From positions 829,253 through 893,252 of the forward strand of contig NMRA01000127.1 in the NCBI GenBank assembly GCA_002633005.1: a stretch of DNA of 64,000 nucleotides, read 5' to 3'. Position 1 is the first letter of the stretch, and every line of letters begins with the position of its first letter. The stretch comes from Phoronis australis. Lineage: Eukaryota; Animalia; Phoronida. The notes under the pieces were generated by a model. That model worked only from the letters and a program-made list of their open reading frames with translations, was not told the origin of the DNA and did not search any database. The position numbers and the translations under genes were made by a program. Shown here piece after piece: positions 12,768 to 26,853 of the stretch.

Positions 12768-14592
12768 ATGGAGTGCATCATTTGTGTGTCAGGATTCTTA
12801 GTACTATCGTATGTAGGCAACCATTTAAAGACAATTAGTTCACACAAAAACATCTGCGAGAGAAAAAAACTGGGAAAATCTCGAAAATAGCAGCCTTGTG
12901 TCAGTTGTGTAAATTCGCGTCGTTTCTTCACAAGCACTTGTTGAGTGATGTCGATGGAGACGACGATCCCGGAATCGCCCAACTTTATCAGCTAGGCTCC
13001 ACTCGCAGACTGCCAATCTTGTGTCACGCTCAAAATTAACCTTGAAACATATCCAAATGTGATGGTGAATATTCGAATAAAGACGGGTCGAGTCCAGAGT
13101 AAGATTTGGTGGTCACGTTTGACGGGTGTCTAAAAGAGAATGTGATTATGAATTTATGAAGCGTCAAGGATTCTTAAGCGAGTACCTCTCTGCGCACAAG
13201 AAGGTGCTCAATCAACGTGTACTTTTGCTAAATTTACACGCACGTTTACTTTATCTACACGTACTTTTGTTTAATCTACGCGTATTTTGCTTAATTTACT
13301 CGTACCTTTGCTTAATCTACGCGTATTTTGCTTAATCTACGCATACCTTTGCTTAATCTACGCTTATCTTGGCTTAATCTACGTATACTTTAGCTCCTAT
13401 TCATACGCCAGAAGCTTTTTGGCCAATTACGCCCCTCACCGATTAATAGATTTCTCAGGAATTGATCAAATTGGAAGGGCTGAAAGGGCAGCCGCAGAAG
13501 TCAAATGAGAAACTACTAGTGTAAACTTGTAACATAACGCGCAAGTACCTATAAAAATAAAAGAAACATCAGAATTCGAAGGGTATAGAATTTATACAAA
13601 AGGTATCTTGAGTGACGTAGATGAAATATTAGCACATTCGACAATACTCCGCATATCGACTTCGACATTCGGTATCCGCGGTAGATACGCAAAATAATCT
13701 CTTGCCGGATACTATTTCATCTACGTTTTGCGTATGTTCTCATCAACTGTAATCGCAAACTTTATGCAAATTGTTTATGACAATTTCTAATACACTTCAC
13801 TTTTTTCATTAAGCAGTAGCAATTTCAGAACAACAGAATAAGACAAAGGTGCAACACCTAACACCAGCCCAACTCGCACAACACCTGTTGAACTGAGTAG
13901 CATCACTTTGCTGGCGCCTACAACACTTCCTCCGCCACCAACAATCTCGACGATGCCAACAACAACTCATCCCATAACATCCGGTTTGCAAGAGATCGTG
14001 TCATTAACAACTGTCGAAACACCTTCAGAAACACTGAAGTCAACAGCTGCAGCAGATTCAGTGAAAAGCCAGAAGGTCACATCATGAGGACCAGAGACAG
14101 TCGCACAAAGCGCATGGACAAGAAACGATTTCAAGCACAATAGATTAAACACCTGCCCACGTGATAGCAACAACAGCAGCAACAATAACAGCAACAACGG
14201 CAATAGCAGCAAAATCTACAACAACCACAATATCAGGAAGACTACAAAAAGGGATCGGACAACGACGTCAGATATAACAGGTCAAACATCGGCGCGTGTG
14301 ACCACAATGGCATCAACAATTGGAGAAAAAAGCAACTACACGATCAGCATCAGCACCAACAGTAACACGCAAAATTGGCGATAAAAAACGTGGTTACATG
14401 ACAACTGCAGACGATGGAATTTGTAGTTCTGGGAATTTGGATGGTGGTGAACTAGTTGCAGTCATCGCCGTAAGTTCAATTGTCTTCATCACTCTGGCTT
14501 CTGACTTAGCTCTGTTAATGGTAAGAAAAACATGTCACCGCCAGCGACCAACAATAACAGCGACACCTGTTGAGGACAGTATAGTTCGGTAG
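12768..14592 (+). pseudogene. Gene B, unit 1: disrupted mucin-like TM gene (degenerate signal exon ~12768-12812, main exon from ~13814)
   Basis: Colinear with 49540-50844 and retains GNLDGGELVAVIAVSSIVFITLAS..., but has in-frame stops and frameshifts in 13814-14320 and an Asp in the TM. Confidence 0.85.
13215..13390. repeat. 21-bp tandem repeat (TTTGCTTAATCTACGCGTATT-like), part of an insertion in the B1 intron
   Basis: About 8 degenerate units, absent from the paralogous introns at 40.4-40.8 kb and 49.6-50.0 kb. Confidence 0.8.
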
Positions 14593-15385
14593 CAGCCCTT
14601 CATCAACACAAAGTTCGTTGAAAACACGACAGCTTAATACAGACTCGCTCGTAGTGTCTAAACAGTATCCTTTCTGGAGACGTGCAGCTATGTAGCAAAA
14701 CACCGAGAGACACGACAGACAAACAATTTAAAACACAAGCTAGTTCTTGACCGCATGTCTCATCATCAGGCAATTAGTGAAATGAACACACATGTATATG
14801 AATCGAAGTAAACATTGAAATACACGGTGACAACAGGTACAGGGGCATACAGGTGTGAATGTATCACTCGGTAGGAAACCCNGGCTTCAGACTTAGCTCT
14901 GTTAATGGTAAGAAAAACATGTCACCGCCAGCGACCAACAATAACAGCGACACCTGTTGTGGACAGTATAGTTCGGTAGCAGCCCTTCATCAACACAAAG
15001 TTCGTTGAAAACACGACAGCTTAATACAGACTCGCTCGTAGTGTCTAAACAGTATCCTTTCTTGAGACGTGCAGCTATATAGCAAAACACCGAGAGACAC
15101 GACAGACAAACAATTTAAAACACAAGCTAGTTCTTGACCGCATGTCTCATCATCAGGCAATTAGTGAAATGAACACACATGTATATGAATCTAAGTAAAC
15201 ATTGAAATACACGGTGACAACAGGTACAGGGGCATACAGGTGTGAATGTATCACTCGGTAGGAAACCCAGAAGCCTAACGAAGCAGAGCCATCATGCGGT
15301 ACACTCCTGTGAGCTGCTCGTTCAGTACAGTTTTTTCGTGGCTGATCAATAGAGATTCCAAAATCTTTAACCGAAATGGGTCAAT

Positions 15386-16330
15386 ATGAATACTGCGAAT
15401 ACATGGTATTGCCTACTATTTCTTGCTCAGTTATTTTTCGGCCATGTTGGTGTAAAAATGACATTGAATGGACTCGCTCTGCCAGCGGATGGACAACTGT
15501 CGGGAAAGAGAACGTATTATGTGTCCAATGAAACGGTGTTCACAAGAATGGGGACGAATACATTCGTCCACATGACAAGTGAATTGGTGAACAACATTGC
15601 ATCTGGTCACTGGTCGTAATTTTTCACGACTGAAGTTGTTTTTCATGACAAGGTGACGTGACTTTACATTCTTATAATATATAATTACATTACAACCTCA
15701 CTCGAAATTCCATTTCGAACATCGGCGATAAAACCACGGCACTGAGCAAAGTCGTGACAGTAGAAACGGCTTCATGTAAAGAGAATGGGACAAGACCACG
15801 TGAATTTAGTTTTTCTATAGATATTACCTTTTTTTAAGTCCCCAACCACACCGCAAATAATGACGGCTTTGAAACACAAGAACGGTACCGAGGCTGTCAT
15901 TTGTGAAGAACTGGAAAGAGTGTACAAATTTCTCAAAGCATATATGCGTACTTACATTTTGTGGCCGGGTGGGTGAGCGACCTTGACCAAGTTAACATAA
16001 ACGACCAAAGATTATTGACTACTTGGGTGCATATGTGGGCGTTCAAGTTTGTTATTTGGCATTTGATGATACTGAAAATTTTGATAGTGTGGTGGTCTAA
16101 ACAATCGAAAATTTCTAAAACAAACATTTAGGGCCCAACCCATTGCTATTTGACAACAGTTCAGTCATCTAACAAACAACTTTTGTTCACATTGTGGCCA
16201 CTATCTTTGAGATCGTGAATGTCAACTCGGCCTACACTAAATACTGTCTCAATGCAGCGAATCGTGGTGCCAGCAAATTAACAACTGAATGAAAAAGGTG
16301 TGAAAACGCAAGATTTTGTGAATGTTGCAT
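15386..16330 (+). pseudogene. Gene D, unit 1: decayed paralog of the SEA-EGF membrane gene at 56945-60480
   Basis: 15713-15920 aligns by eye with 59417-59650 (TTTCGAACA..., CCACGTGAA..., GGCTTTGAAACACAAGAAC.GTAC, TCATTTGTGAAGAACTG). Frameshifted, and it ends in a GCA microsatellite. The signal-peptide-like MNTANTWYCLLFLAQLFFG at 15386 may be its N-terminus. Confidence 0.75.
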
Positions 16331-16331
16331 T

Positions 16332-16401
<70 letters not shown>

Positions 16402-16665
16402 CCACCACCACCACCACCACCATCCGCACCTGAAGCAGCAGCACTAGCAGCAGTACCAGCAACAGCAGAAGCAGCAGCAGCAGAGGCAGCAGCAGCAGTA
16501 CCATCAGCAGCAGTACCAGCAGCACCAGCACCAACAGCACCAGCACCACCTGAAGCAGCAGCACTAGCAGCAGCAGCACTAGCAGCAGTACCAGCAGCAG
16601 AAGCAGCAGCAGCAGCAGAAGCAGCAGCAGAAGCAGCAGAAGCAGAAGTACCAGCAGCAACAGCT
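16331..16665. repeat. (GCA)n/(CCA)n trinucleotide microsatellite with degenerate extension
   Basis: Pure GCA run of ~23 units, then CCA and mixed GCA/GAA/GTA units; a short block recurs at a 120-bp spacing (16426, 16546). Confidence 0.95.
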
Positions 16666-17816
16666 CCTCACTAAGCAGCCCCTTAATAACTTGAGCAGCA
16701 CTTTCCTTCTAAGGGGCGACGATCTTCTTCGGCTTCTACACTACATAACTGCTGTCATTGTTGACATAAAATAGAGGAACAGTATAACTGCTGCCGGAAG
16801 TTTCTGAGAACAGACCTACGGTTTGTAGGTTTCCCAAAAATGGTGTGTCAGTGAGTGTCAAACAAAAAAGCTTTGTAAAAAACAGAGCATAGTTCATTTC
16901 AACACGTCTTGGCTTTTCTACAAGATCAAAGTGACTAATGGTCTCATTGGAACCATATTTCAACTCTCTTTTAAGAACCTGGGGCCGAGTTTAGCACATT
17001 TCAGCACTAGAATATTCAAACTAATTCGATTTTTTTATGTTATACATCGAAACGAATCACGATCTTTGATCAGCGTGTGTCCTTGCATTTTAGTCGGGGT
17101 TACCGGAAAATCCGAAACATTGTTTACTGGAGTTACCCACTGCCTAAAGGCAAATTATAATGCAGGCTATCAATCACAAAAATACATTCAAATTTTGCTA
17201 TGCCCTCCGAGGGTCGAAAATGTTTTCAATCCTAAACAGACAGTTCAAGGCATTTACAAGTAAAGAAAGTTCCAACCAATTCACCAATTTTGAGAGCGTT
17301 ACTACAAAAAATCTCGGTTTTATATCATGTGCTGTTTAGCCGACATTTCTCGTTTGAAACCAATTATATAGAGACTTTGTACACCTGAATTGTTTGACCG
17401 CAATGGCAAAAAGAAATCTCGTTTAAATGCAAGCCTTTCCCTGAGAATTGTGTTAATAGACAGTTATCTGGTGACTAAGGCTCAGCCAACTGTATCAGTT
17501 TGTATCTTATGGCCAGCGAGGAATGGGCACTTGGGTCTACCCCACTTGAAGCGTTTTTACCCGAAATATTAAAGAAGAGGATGAGTAATTTTCGAAACAC
17601 ATTATAGTTCTCAGTTGACAAAATATACGACATAACATTTCGAAAGGATGACGTTCAAACCATTTGTTTAGGATGTAATATCTAAAATGTCTCCATGTTT
17701 GATGAGCGAGAGCATTGAAATAAGGACCTATGCTTCAAATACTTTTTTAAAGCTAGTGACATATTTTTGCGCACCAATTTCGAAACAAAAACGACATCAC
17801 AAGCACGTCACAGCTG

Positions 17817-18673
17817 ATGACGTCAAGTGCGCACAGGTCTGCAGTTGAATCTTTTCCCATTTGCAAAGCGGTACATTTCAACGCAATGAAGAGAGAAAGT
17901 GCTTTATATTTTGTCAAACAACTAAAAATTCGTAAAAAGTAAGTAATATTTAAAAGCTAATCTGGCATGAAGCCTCTAATTTGTATTTAATAAACAGTAA
18001 AAAACTCGAAGGTGGATCATTGGCGTATCTAATATGTTATTACACCCTTGATCGTTCTTACAACCTTTGTAAAGCATGATTCTTTTCATCACTTTAGGGT
18101 TAATGCACAGGCTGCAAATTGTCTGAAAAAGGTGGCTAAGAACTTTGCCAAAGACGCTGAAAAATTGAAAAGGGACATAACACGTGAGTGTTGCTGCTGA
18201 AGAAAACGAGTTTATCTTCTTGTTGCAGTGCTCACATGCTGTCCAATCACAAGAGAGACCGGACCTCTGATCCGCCATCGGAAAAACTTCACATGTGAAC
18301 GCTCGTCAGAAGACTGCTCTCTGTCTCTCTATGTCTCTGTCCCTGTCCCTCCCTGTCTCTCCCTCTGTCTCTGTCTCTGTCTCTGTCTCTGTCTCTCTGT
18401 CTCTGTCTCTGTCTCTCTCTGTCTCTTTCNNNNNNNNNNNNNNNNNNNNNNNNNNNNNNNNNNNNNNNNNNNNNNNNNNNNNNNNNNNNNNNNNNNNNNN
18501 NNNNNNNNNNNNNNNNNNNNNNNNNNNNNNNNNNNNNNNNNNNNNNNNNNNNNNNNNNNNNNNNNNNNNNNNNNNNNNNNNNNNNNNNNNNNNNNNNNNN
18601 NNNNNNNNNNNNNNNNNNNNNNNNNNNNNNNNNNNNNNNNNNNNNNNNNNNNNNNNNNNNNNNNNNNNNNNNN

Positions 18674-18706
<33 letters not shown>

Positions 18707-21693
18707 AGCTCTCTTCTCTCTCTTCCTAAAAGTTTTCATGAGTTTCAGACTGACGAACACAAGTTTTTTGACAGAAAAAAAATACTTATTTACGGTAATT
18801 TTATTTACGGGTATTTACTTAATGTATTAACGAACACAACTTGCTTGTCAGTAGACTTTGTTTTACACTCAAGAGGGTAAACAGTAAATCAACTTTCTTA
18901 CCACAATAAGTTCAATTCCTAATGAAATGATTGAATGCTAAGCTCTGCCGTATGGTGATTTCATGTTACTGATCATAATGTTAGTATTTGGGACAATGTT
19001 ATGTTAATTACTCGTTTGAAGGCCGGTAGGACACATCTGTGGGCACTTGTTTAAGACCTAGCTTGTAGTGATCAGGCCTCTTACTTACATCAAAAAACGT
19101 GATCCACCACATTCGTATCAGCTCATATTTTTTACGCTTTTCATCGAACTTACACAAGGGAAAATTACATAAGCGTAACGAAAAGATAACAATATGCAAG
19201 ACTGGCGTGGCGCAAGAAATTCATTCTTGCTGTTTTATTTTGACCATTGCAGGTTTTCCTACAGACTCTGACATAGCAACGGGTGTCAGTGACTTTCTGA
19301 TAGAACTGGACGAACGTCGTAAACATCTCAGAGCCGACCTGGGAGAGGTCGAACGTGACATGAAGTTAATAGACAGGTCAATACATGCCAGAAAGTCTTT
19401 AAGTGTCGATTATTGTGAAAGTCGATTTCCATTGATTCTCACTGTGTGAAACTATCCAATAATTGATTCCAAAGTGATATTCCTTACGAAAACAACACTT
19501 GGTTTTATACTGCCTAATAGATTGTCGGCTTCATTTTACAGCGTCGTCGGGCATACAGTGAAGGTTGAGAAGAAATTAGGAGCTACTGCTGAAGAATTGT
19601 CAAACTTGAAAAAGGTGAGGTATATACTTGGCAGCTGTCCTCATATTTTTATTTCTTTAGGGTCCTGTTCCACAAAACTCGTCCTTAAAATACGCGAGTC
19701 TTGTGAAACAGTCCATGAGAGAACGAACGGTCAACTTTGACTAAAAACTCCGATGCTGCACCGTCTACCGAGATCTTACTCACAATGTGCAACATTTAAC
19801 TTGTCCCCATTCGTTTTTGTCCCTTTTTGGAGATTGTGCTGAGAGTGACAAGAGTGACATTATGAAGGTGATTTTAGCCTTAGCTTTAAAAGAGTGGCGT
19901 TGAAACTGACTGTCAATAATTCTGTTTCAAAGGAATTGTACTACAATGCATCTCTTCATTGCAGAATGAGCAAGCCAAGCGCGAGCGTCTCCGGTTGCTC
20001 TTATCTACCAACTGTTCGTCTCAGAAGATGCGAAACAAGGCATCTGCCGAGGTAGAGGCTGTCAAGAACAAAGTTAATCAGACGGCAGACCGGGTTGAAG
20101 AGCTGAAGCGGCAGTTGTATCAGGTGAGCCATCACTTATGCAAGTCTGGTACAGACGTCCTGAAACTGCTTTCAGGTGGTGATGTAGTAACATCACAACC
20201 AATATCTCTTGGTCTATTTACACCAACACATAGCCCAGTTACTTTGGCACGACGTTTCATTTCTGGCGGTCATTTCTAGCGGTCATATTCAAGTGGAACA
20301 GCCTCACAAGCTCGGATATCTGGTGCAATAATGGAGGGCACATGGACTATATTTTTTCTGGAAGGCAACTGGATGCGAACCTAGTGATGAGAGTACTCGA
20401 TTGGCAATTGAACGATCCCAGGCTCAGACATCGGCGTCAACCAAATACCCATTCCCGTTTTCCTAATGAAGCTTTAACACCTGAAGATGGCCGGAGAATT
20501 TTACCGAATGGAAAGTGGTGCTAATGCAGAGGCTGATATTGATAGACCATAACTTTTGGACACGATGTCTTGCAGGGCAATGACATTTATACACAGAGTG
20601 GTCCTTTTTTTAGAAATAATACATCCTCCTTATGTCGCTGAGGCACAGGTGGCTATATTGGAAATAAGACATTTTCTATGTTTGCACCATTTTAAGGTGC
20701 TGGTACAATAGTAGAAGCACATTTTTACAAATGCATCTTGTGTCGTCCATCGACTCTTTTTATTTAAACCTAAATTGACTACATACCTCAAGTGATAACA
20801 GCTTTTTCTCACAGGCCATTAAAATATTATTTTGATTTTTCTCAACAAAGCTGAAATTTAGGTCCAAATTCGCATACAGATATAAGAGTGGCTGCTTACA
20901 ACGAACATCCAATAGCATGAAATTTGTAGGTCATTTATAAGGTAGTGCTATCGACTTGTCATGAACGCTACTTTGTATTCATGGTTAATGTTATGTTTTT
21001 CGCTGCTTTCAGCTCATCGCTGAAATGTATAACATGGTATACAGACCACAAAAAGCAGACGAGGTTGTGCAAAGGTTTGTAAAGAAATTTTCCTCAGTGG
21101 AGCTTAGTGTTTGGTTATCCTGAAGCTAACTAAACTACAATCCAAAGTGTTGGCCTCGTAACCACAAGGATACTTCCTTGTTTAACATCAACAATGACTT
21201 ATGGCGACCGAGGATCAGGTGGAAATTGTCGAAACCGGAAAGGCCAAACATTTCCTGGCGACCAGGTGGCCACGTCGTAAATTCTGGCGACGGGGGTGAA
21301 GCTTCAAAATCGTGGTGATCGGGTCTGAAAATTGTGGTGTCCGGTGTGAAAAGCGGGGGGGGGTGGTTTTTGTAATTGTCAATGAAGGGACAATTAAATG
21401 ATGCCACGACCCCCTAAACTACTTATAGCTTAAGGTCTGCGGAAACCTTAATCTGGCATTGTTATGGCTGCAGTAACAGTTTTAGTATGCTCTGTCATAT
21501 TTTGCCGTAATACTCGTCGGCAAACATTGTTTTTGTCTCATCACCTATTTCACAATTCTTGGTTGCTTTCAGTTCCATGGATCTTCCACTGAAAGGACCA
21601 CGAGTGACTGAATTGGGCCGTTGGATTTCGGTAACGTGTAAGCGGATGCGGCGTGCATGGAGTCGTCGTGGAACCCTACGTATGGGTCAATAA
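17817..21693 (+). CDS. Gene C: 7-exon orphan predicted coiled-coil protein, 248 aa; exons 17817-17938, 18098-18183, 19253-19376, 19542-19614, 19965-20123, 21013-21074, 21573-21693
   Basis: All introns are GT-AG with compatible phases (2,1,2,0,0,2) and give an uninterrupted 747-nt ORF, MTSSAHRSAV...FLIELDERRKHLRADLGEVERDMKLID...VEAVKNKVNQTADRVEELKRQLYQLIAEMY...RMGQ*. Heptad-like L/E/K/R pattern. Exons 1-2 are conserved in the paralog at 46.3-46.6 kb. Confidence 0.75.
18316..18725. repeat. (CT)n/(CTCTGT)n microsatellite spanning an assembly gap
   Basis: Seen directly; N run at 18430-18673. Confidence 0.95.
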
Positions 21694-22019
21694 AGTCACT
21701 GTGAAAAAGACGGTTGGATAAAGCGTCACGACACGCCTTAGTTGTCTGACTAGTAACTTGCAACTGGAATCGTTGAAACGAAGCTGTCTAAACGCTTCCG
21801 TACACTGGACTCCGTATGACATAAGCTGTAAACAGCAATGAAAATGTTGAATGCTTTGTTGTTCAGGAAAATGACAATATGAATTTGTACATAGTTTTTA
21901 CATTGTTGTCTTTTTTACGTTGGTTGTGAATTAAATATTGAAATATGCTAAAGCGTTGTTACTCAGTATGTGAAAAACCAACGCCTCCCAGGGAACACCG
22001 GCATACGTATGCACATGTA

Positions 22020-22172
22020 CCTGTATGCATACTTACATACATACATACATACATCATATATGCATACATACATACATGCATACATACATACATACATACA
22101 TCATACATACACACATACATACTTGCATGCACATACATACATACATACATACATAGATATACACATATATAC
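22020..22172. repeat. (TACA)n microsatellite
   Basis: Degenerate ATAC tetranucleotide array. Confidence 0.95.
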
Positions 22173-22914
22173 GCATATCAAAGAAACATTTCCTTTTTGC
22201 TAACGATAACTCAAACAATGAAACGGGTTACTCAAAGACACAAACGATATCTCCAGTTTCACACCATGATAAAATTGATTTACATCCTCAAACGTATCAT
22301 TCAGGATGCCAGCAAGTGAAAAGGCAAAACGTGTAGATTCTGAAACCGATTACTATCGTGGAAAAGGAAACAACGATTTTTAGAGTTTATTTCGTGTTTT
22401 CAGTGTTTTGGTCGACAAAGGGAATAAAGCCATTTCTGTGAAACCTTGAACCACGGTGAACCAAAACACAAATTACTACAAAAATCCTCAACAATAGGAA
22501 GCCATGCCTTCCTAACATTAGATTGTAAGGATTTTCCTGCTGGACGCAGACACGTGAGGATGTTGTTCGTTTTCTCGATTTAGTTGAAATTCAGTGTGAA
22601 AAGCAGACTACCAACTTACCTGTGTGAGTAGTTTAGTTTAAGAACGGCTTAAGTAGGCTTCCGGTAATTCACTGATAGCCTAATCAGCGCGGTACTCACC
22701 ATCCCTAATAAGATAAAGGCATCTGCCACTATATAAGAGCAAAAATTGACATCCCTAGTATATCAGAAAGATATTGGATGATGAAACAACAACCTAGTTG
22801 TCGTATCCAAGTAGGAAGGTGAGAAAAAATTCGAAAAAATCAGATTTTTGTCAGACGAATTAAAAAGAAGACACGTTACTGACAGTTTGCCAAAGACCCC
22901 CAGACAACGAAAAA

Positions 22915-22951
22915 ATGAGGACCTTGCTTCTTGCTCTTGTCTTTAATACAG
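22915..22951 (+). CDS. Candidate signal-peptide first exon (MRTLLLALVFNT, phase 1), probably of gene A unit 2
   Basis: AAAA-ATG context, hydrophobic core and CAG|GTATTG donor. Phase 1 matches the acceptor TTCTTTTGTAG at 38151-38161, giving MRTLLLALVFNTVFSSPAYGAPDARSYG. Confidence 0.5.
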
Positions 22952-25794
22952 GTATTGTAAATATTTATTTCATTTCAAGTGGTATTTTTTCAGACATGTA
23001 ATATACAATTCTAGGTTAATGTGTTCATTTAGATGTTTCAATGAAACGAATAAGTTTCCTCTGGGCACGCAGACAACCGTAAACTGGTTTGTGCACGCAG
23101 ATGCAAAGCGGAAGACTCATGTAATGTGTCGCTAACTGAAATTCTTTAGCAATTATAGCATTTGTTAGTCCGGACTAGTTTGCAGTCGGACCGGACTACT
23201 AGATTTCACGTCTTTTGGTATGGAAGGAAAAAACTCATATAATACCTTTTACACAGATTTTTGGCGAACCTACTTGTAAGTGGATGCTAACGGGAGAGTT
23301 ATTAAGTTTGAATATTGCACGAGTTCCTAAAAATCGACAGATTCGCTGTTTTTTGAAACACAGACGAAATGAAAGCTCTTTCATCCAAATATATATGCGC
23401 GTATGCGCTCAAAGATGTCAGACTGACTTCTGTTTGAAATCATCATTGGTTTGTTTAAATCTTACGTCAAAGGTCACATTTTTCAGTGACAAAGAACCAC
23501 TTTGAATAATGCAATTTACTTTGTATTTCACGCTTTACGCCACTTTACTATCTCACAGCAAATTTTAAAATTAGGAATTTAAACTAGCGATAGTGGTGGT
23601 TACTTATAATCAACAGTAAAATGTGGAAATATTTTTTGAAGACATCTTCTCTTTAGGGTTCCAAAGGTGTAGAAATTGTACATAATATAATTCTTACTAT
23701 ATCCAGACCGGAAAAGAATTGCACCAAAAGCGGCAATAATCTAAAGTTGGGAAAAATACACACATTAATCAAATACCACTTATAATTGATAACCGGAGAT
23801 GGAATCAGATAAATTAATCATACACAAAAGTAAGTGTACCGCCTGCTTTGTGTTCATAATTTCCAAGAAATGAAGATAAATCATGCATGTTTGTTTTCAG
23901 CGAAACAAAGGCAATTCGATGTGAATTTTAGGGCTTTTTTGCTGCTGTGAGAGAACACTAATCAAAAAACGAAGATTGATGGAATATGAGCGTGAAATTC
24001 TGTATCTGTTTGATCCAAAGAATACGACCCGTGAAAGGGGCATTTCCTTTGTACTCAATCTGGCCATTCAAAGCCAAGGACGATTACGTTAGCTATCCAC
24101 ATTATTTTAAACTGACTGACACCCCAAATACATCGTCCATTGTTGGCAAGTAAAAGGAGAGTGAATTAGCCATCACTTTTATCAGGTTTGGTCAACACGT
24201 CAACTTGTGCCGATTATTGTCAATAACAAGTGACCCATCGTATTTTACAATGGTACAAAGAGGTCAGAAACGGAGTGTTAATTCATTATGAACACAGTGC
24301 CCATTTTGATGAAATAACATCATAGTCAAACGGTATAAGGATCAAAACGCATTTCCGGAATTACTGTTTGGTAGGGCAGACGTTTTTTCTGTAAGCGTTC
24401 GAAATCGCCAGTTCCCGACGTTGGCTTCCCGCCATTCAATAGAGTAAGTGAAATCAAGGCCAGAGTTTTTGACTCTTAAAATACTCGGCTGCGTGCCATA
24501 TAAGTGTATTAGCAAAGTGTCGGACTTTCATGCTGCCACTGAGGTCGAGGGTTTCACATCGTATTGGTCCCTGGTCTCATTTACACGACCTTGACGCCGA
24601 TTATTTCATTTTAAAAAGTGCTTAGGGATTAAAGTCAAACATTATATTTACACTAAGAAAGTATGTCGAAATTGACATATTTAGGATTTTTGTCTTATAG
24701 CTGAAAAACTCATTTAGAGGCTCACACGCAGTTACTACTTACATGTAATACTGTCGGTTTTTGCGAAATGTTTCCGCTTCCGTGTTCATCAAATTATGTG
24801 TTTGTTATTGCTTATTCTACGAGTGTTATTTCTGTCCCCGGAAACTGATCTCGTTCTTACGGGTAATTTCATGCTCTCCATTTCGGGTATTTGCTTATAC
24901 ATCTGCAAAAGTGTCCGGTGGTCTATCAATTACATTGGACCTCTATCCCTACTTTCTTCAAAATCCAAGCATGTCAGGTATCTAATCTCCATGCCTGCCG
25001 AGTGTAAAACTGAAGCCCAGAAATAATGTTTATTAGCGCTATTTCTCGTTTCTATTACAATTATTGCATGTTATAGTTTTCATATTAAACATTTTAAAGA
25101 AGCGAATCTGCGCCCTTTTAGAATATCATGTAAGTCAAAGTAAAGTTATTCGTTACAAAATGAACTTGAATCCAATTTAACCATGATTATTAAATGGAAA
25201 AGTACCAATAATGGAAGGATATGCAGGAAAATATCATTTTAAGACATGCACTCATACAAAGGATAGCTCTCGCATCTATAAACGGAACTTGGGGGACTAC
25301 ATGCGACACTTGAGTACCGTTTCATTTGTGAAAACTGCGTCATGTCGGATAAAGGTGCATGTACCTAGAAACGGGCTCATACCGTAAGACAGAAACTTCA
25401 GAATAATTACAAAAAATAATCTTTTGGGAGATATTGATTTTTGAAAGTTGTGTTGTCCTTATCTTCAAAAATAATCATTGTCGAGTCAAAGAAAATTGTT
25501 AATTTTCCACTGTCTTAAAATTTCAAAACATATTTAATGTAAGGCTACTGAAATGACAAACTGCGTTTTAGTTACATGATCGCTAATTAACCTATTGGAA
25601 TCCTTTTGAGCTCCAACTACTAGATATTTATCTACCCCTTGTAGATTAATGCCATAGATAATGAAGTATTGAGATTTTAATCCATGATTTGAACGAGCTG
25701 GAAGGGATTTTTTTCGGAAGCAACNNNNNNNNNNNNNNNNNNNNNNNNNNNNNNNNNNNNNNNNNNNNNNNNNNNNNNNNNNNNNNNNNNNNNN

Positions 25795-26853
25795 GTACCC
25801 GTATTCTCACGCTCTTTACTGAAGAAGACACAATTGTTTCCTTTGGCTCAAGCGCGGAACTCGTGTTAGCATGTACTGACCACTGAGACAGCACTTGTCA
25901 AATGTATTTCATTGCGGTGGAAGAACCAACAAAGCGGTATTTGACAAGAATTTCAAATCCGTGGCCTCCCTTTCTGGATTCCCCTAACAGTACACGAAAC
26001 ATCAACACCCTGAGCAATGAAATAAAAAAAACAAACAAAAAAACTCGAGTACACTCGGCTGGTAAATAACCAACGATTTTGGAAACTCCATCGACATTAT
26101 TTTGGACGCATTGTTTTGAATACAAGCAGATACGGTCCATTGTTCCGTGTCTCCGTTAAACACATGTTTTTAACGACTCACTCTTGGCCACCCCTATTGC
26201 CTAATAGTAGTATCGTCCAGTTGTTGAGCCCGTGCTTTGAACAAATTCTGGGAGGTCGGTGTTGGCTGTTCAACATCGAAAGAAATATACAATGTATATA
26301 AAATGTTACATTGTTCAAACTTAGTGCAAAGTATTTAAAAGAAAGATCAGCTCTCAATCATTAACACATGTTTGGTTGCCAAAGTAACTAGCGGCAGCAT
26401 ATCTTTACAAAATCAGCTGCTTGCCGTAGCTATACATGACGATATAGCGTAGTCTTGCGTGATTTTGCTTTTCTCTCAAGAAACGTGCCCTACTGAAGGC
26501 ACGTCTATCTGTAAGAATACCTTAGTTCCAAAACATGACGAGCAGCGACCGAGGTACCTAAAAACCCAATCACGCTCGGGATCACGGCGCTACTGTATCG
26601 TGTGCGCTATTCCACTTCAGCCCGACGAGGTCCGTTACTTCAATCCACCGGCGTATATTTTAACTGACATGCTTGAAATCTGACGTCAGTATAGCACCGT
26701 GAGGGTAAAATCGGTCCTTTGTGCAGTAAACACCCACTCCCGACTTTTCAGAAAATTCGATTTTAACCGCCCATGCTCGGCTTACCGCCCACCCCCCTGT
26801 TTTTTAGATTCCCAATTTAAGCGCCCTGGGCAGTAATCCGGACGAGTACGGTA
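25795..26853 (-). mobile_element. Relic DNA transposon with a ...TACGGTA (pogo/Tc1-like) end carrying a HIRAN-like coding remnant
   Basis: Right end TAAGCGCCC...TCCGGACGAGTACGGTA. Minus-strand peptide IVGYLPAECTRV...GGHGFEILVKYRFVG resembles the VGHLPRE...GLEIPC.Y.F.G motif. A similar VVGHIPRKSS remnant is at 36206-36320. Confidence 0.45.

Noticed and set aside
14496-15268. ~387-bp direct repeat of the B1 3' end
   Set aside because: The junction is the single N at 14882; likely an assembly artefact.
16232-16674. Poly-Ala / poly-Leu ORFs
   Set aside because: Translations of a GCA microsatellite.
21945-22319. His/Thr/Tyr/Ile-rich ORFs (also 47436-47955 and 10110-10380)
   Set aside because: Microsatellite or minisatellite translations; only the 3' part of the 10110 ORF (the PDE exon) is meaningful.
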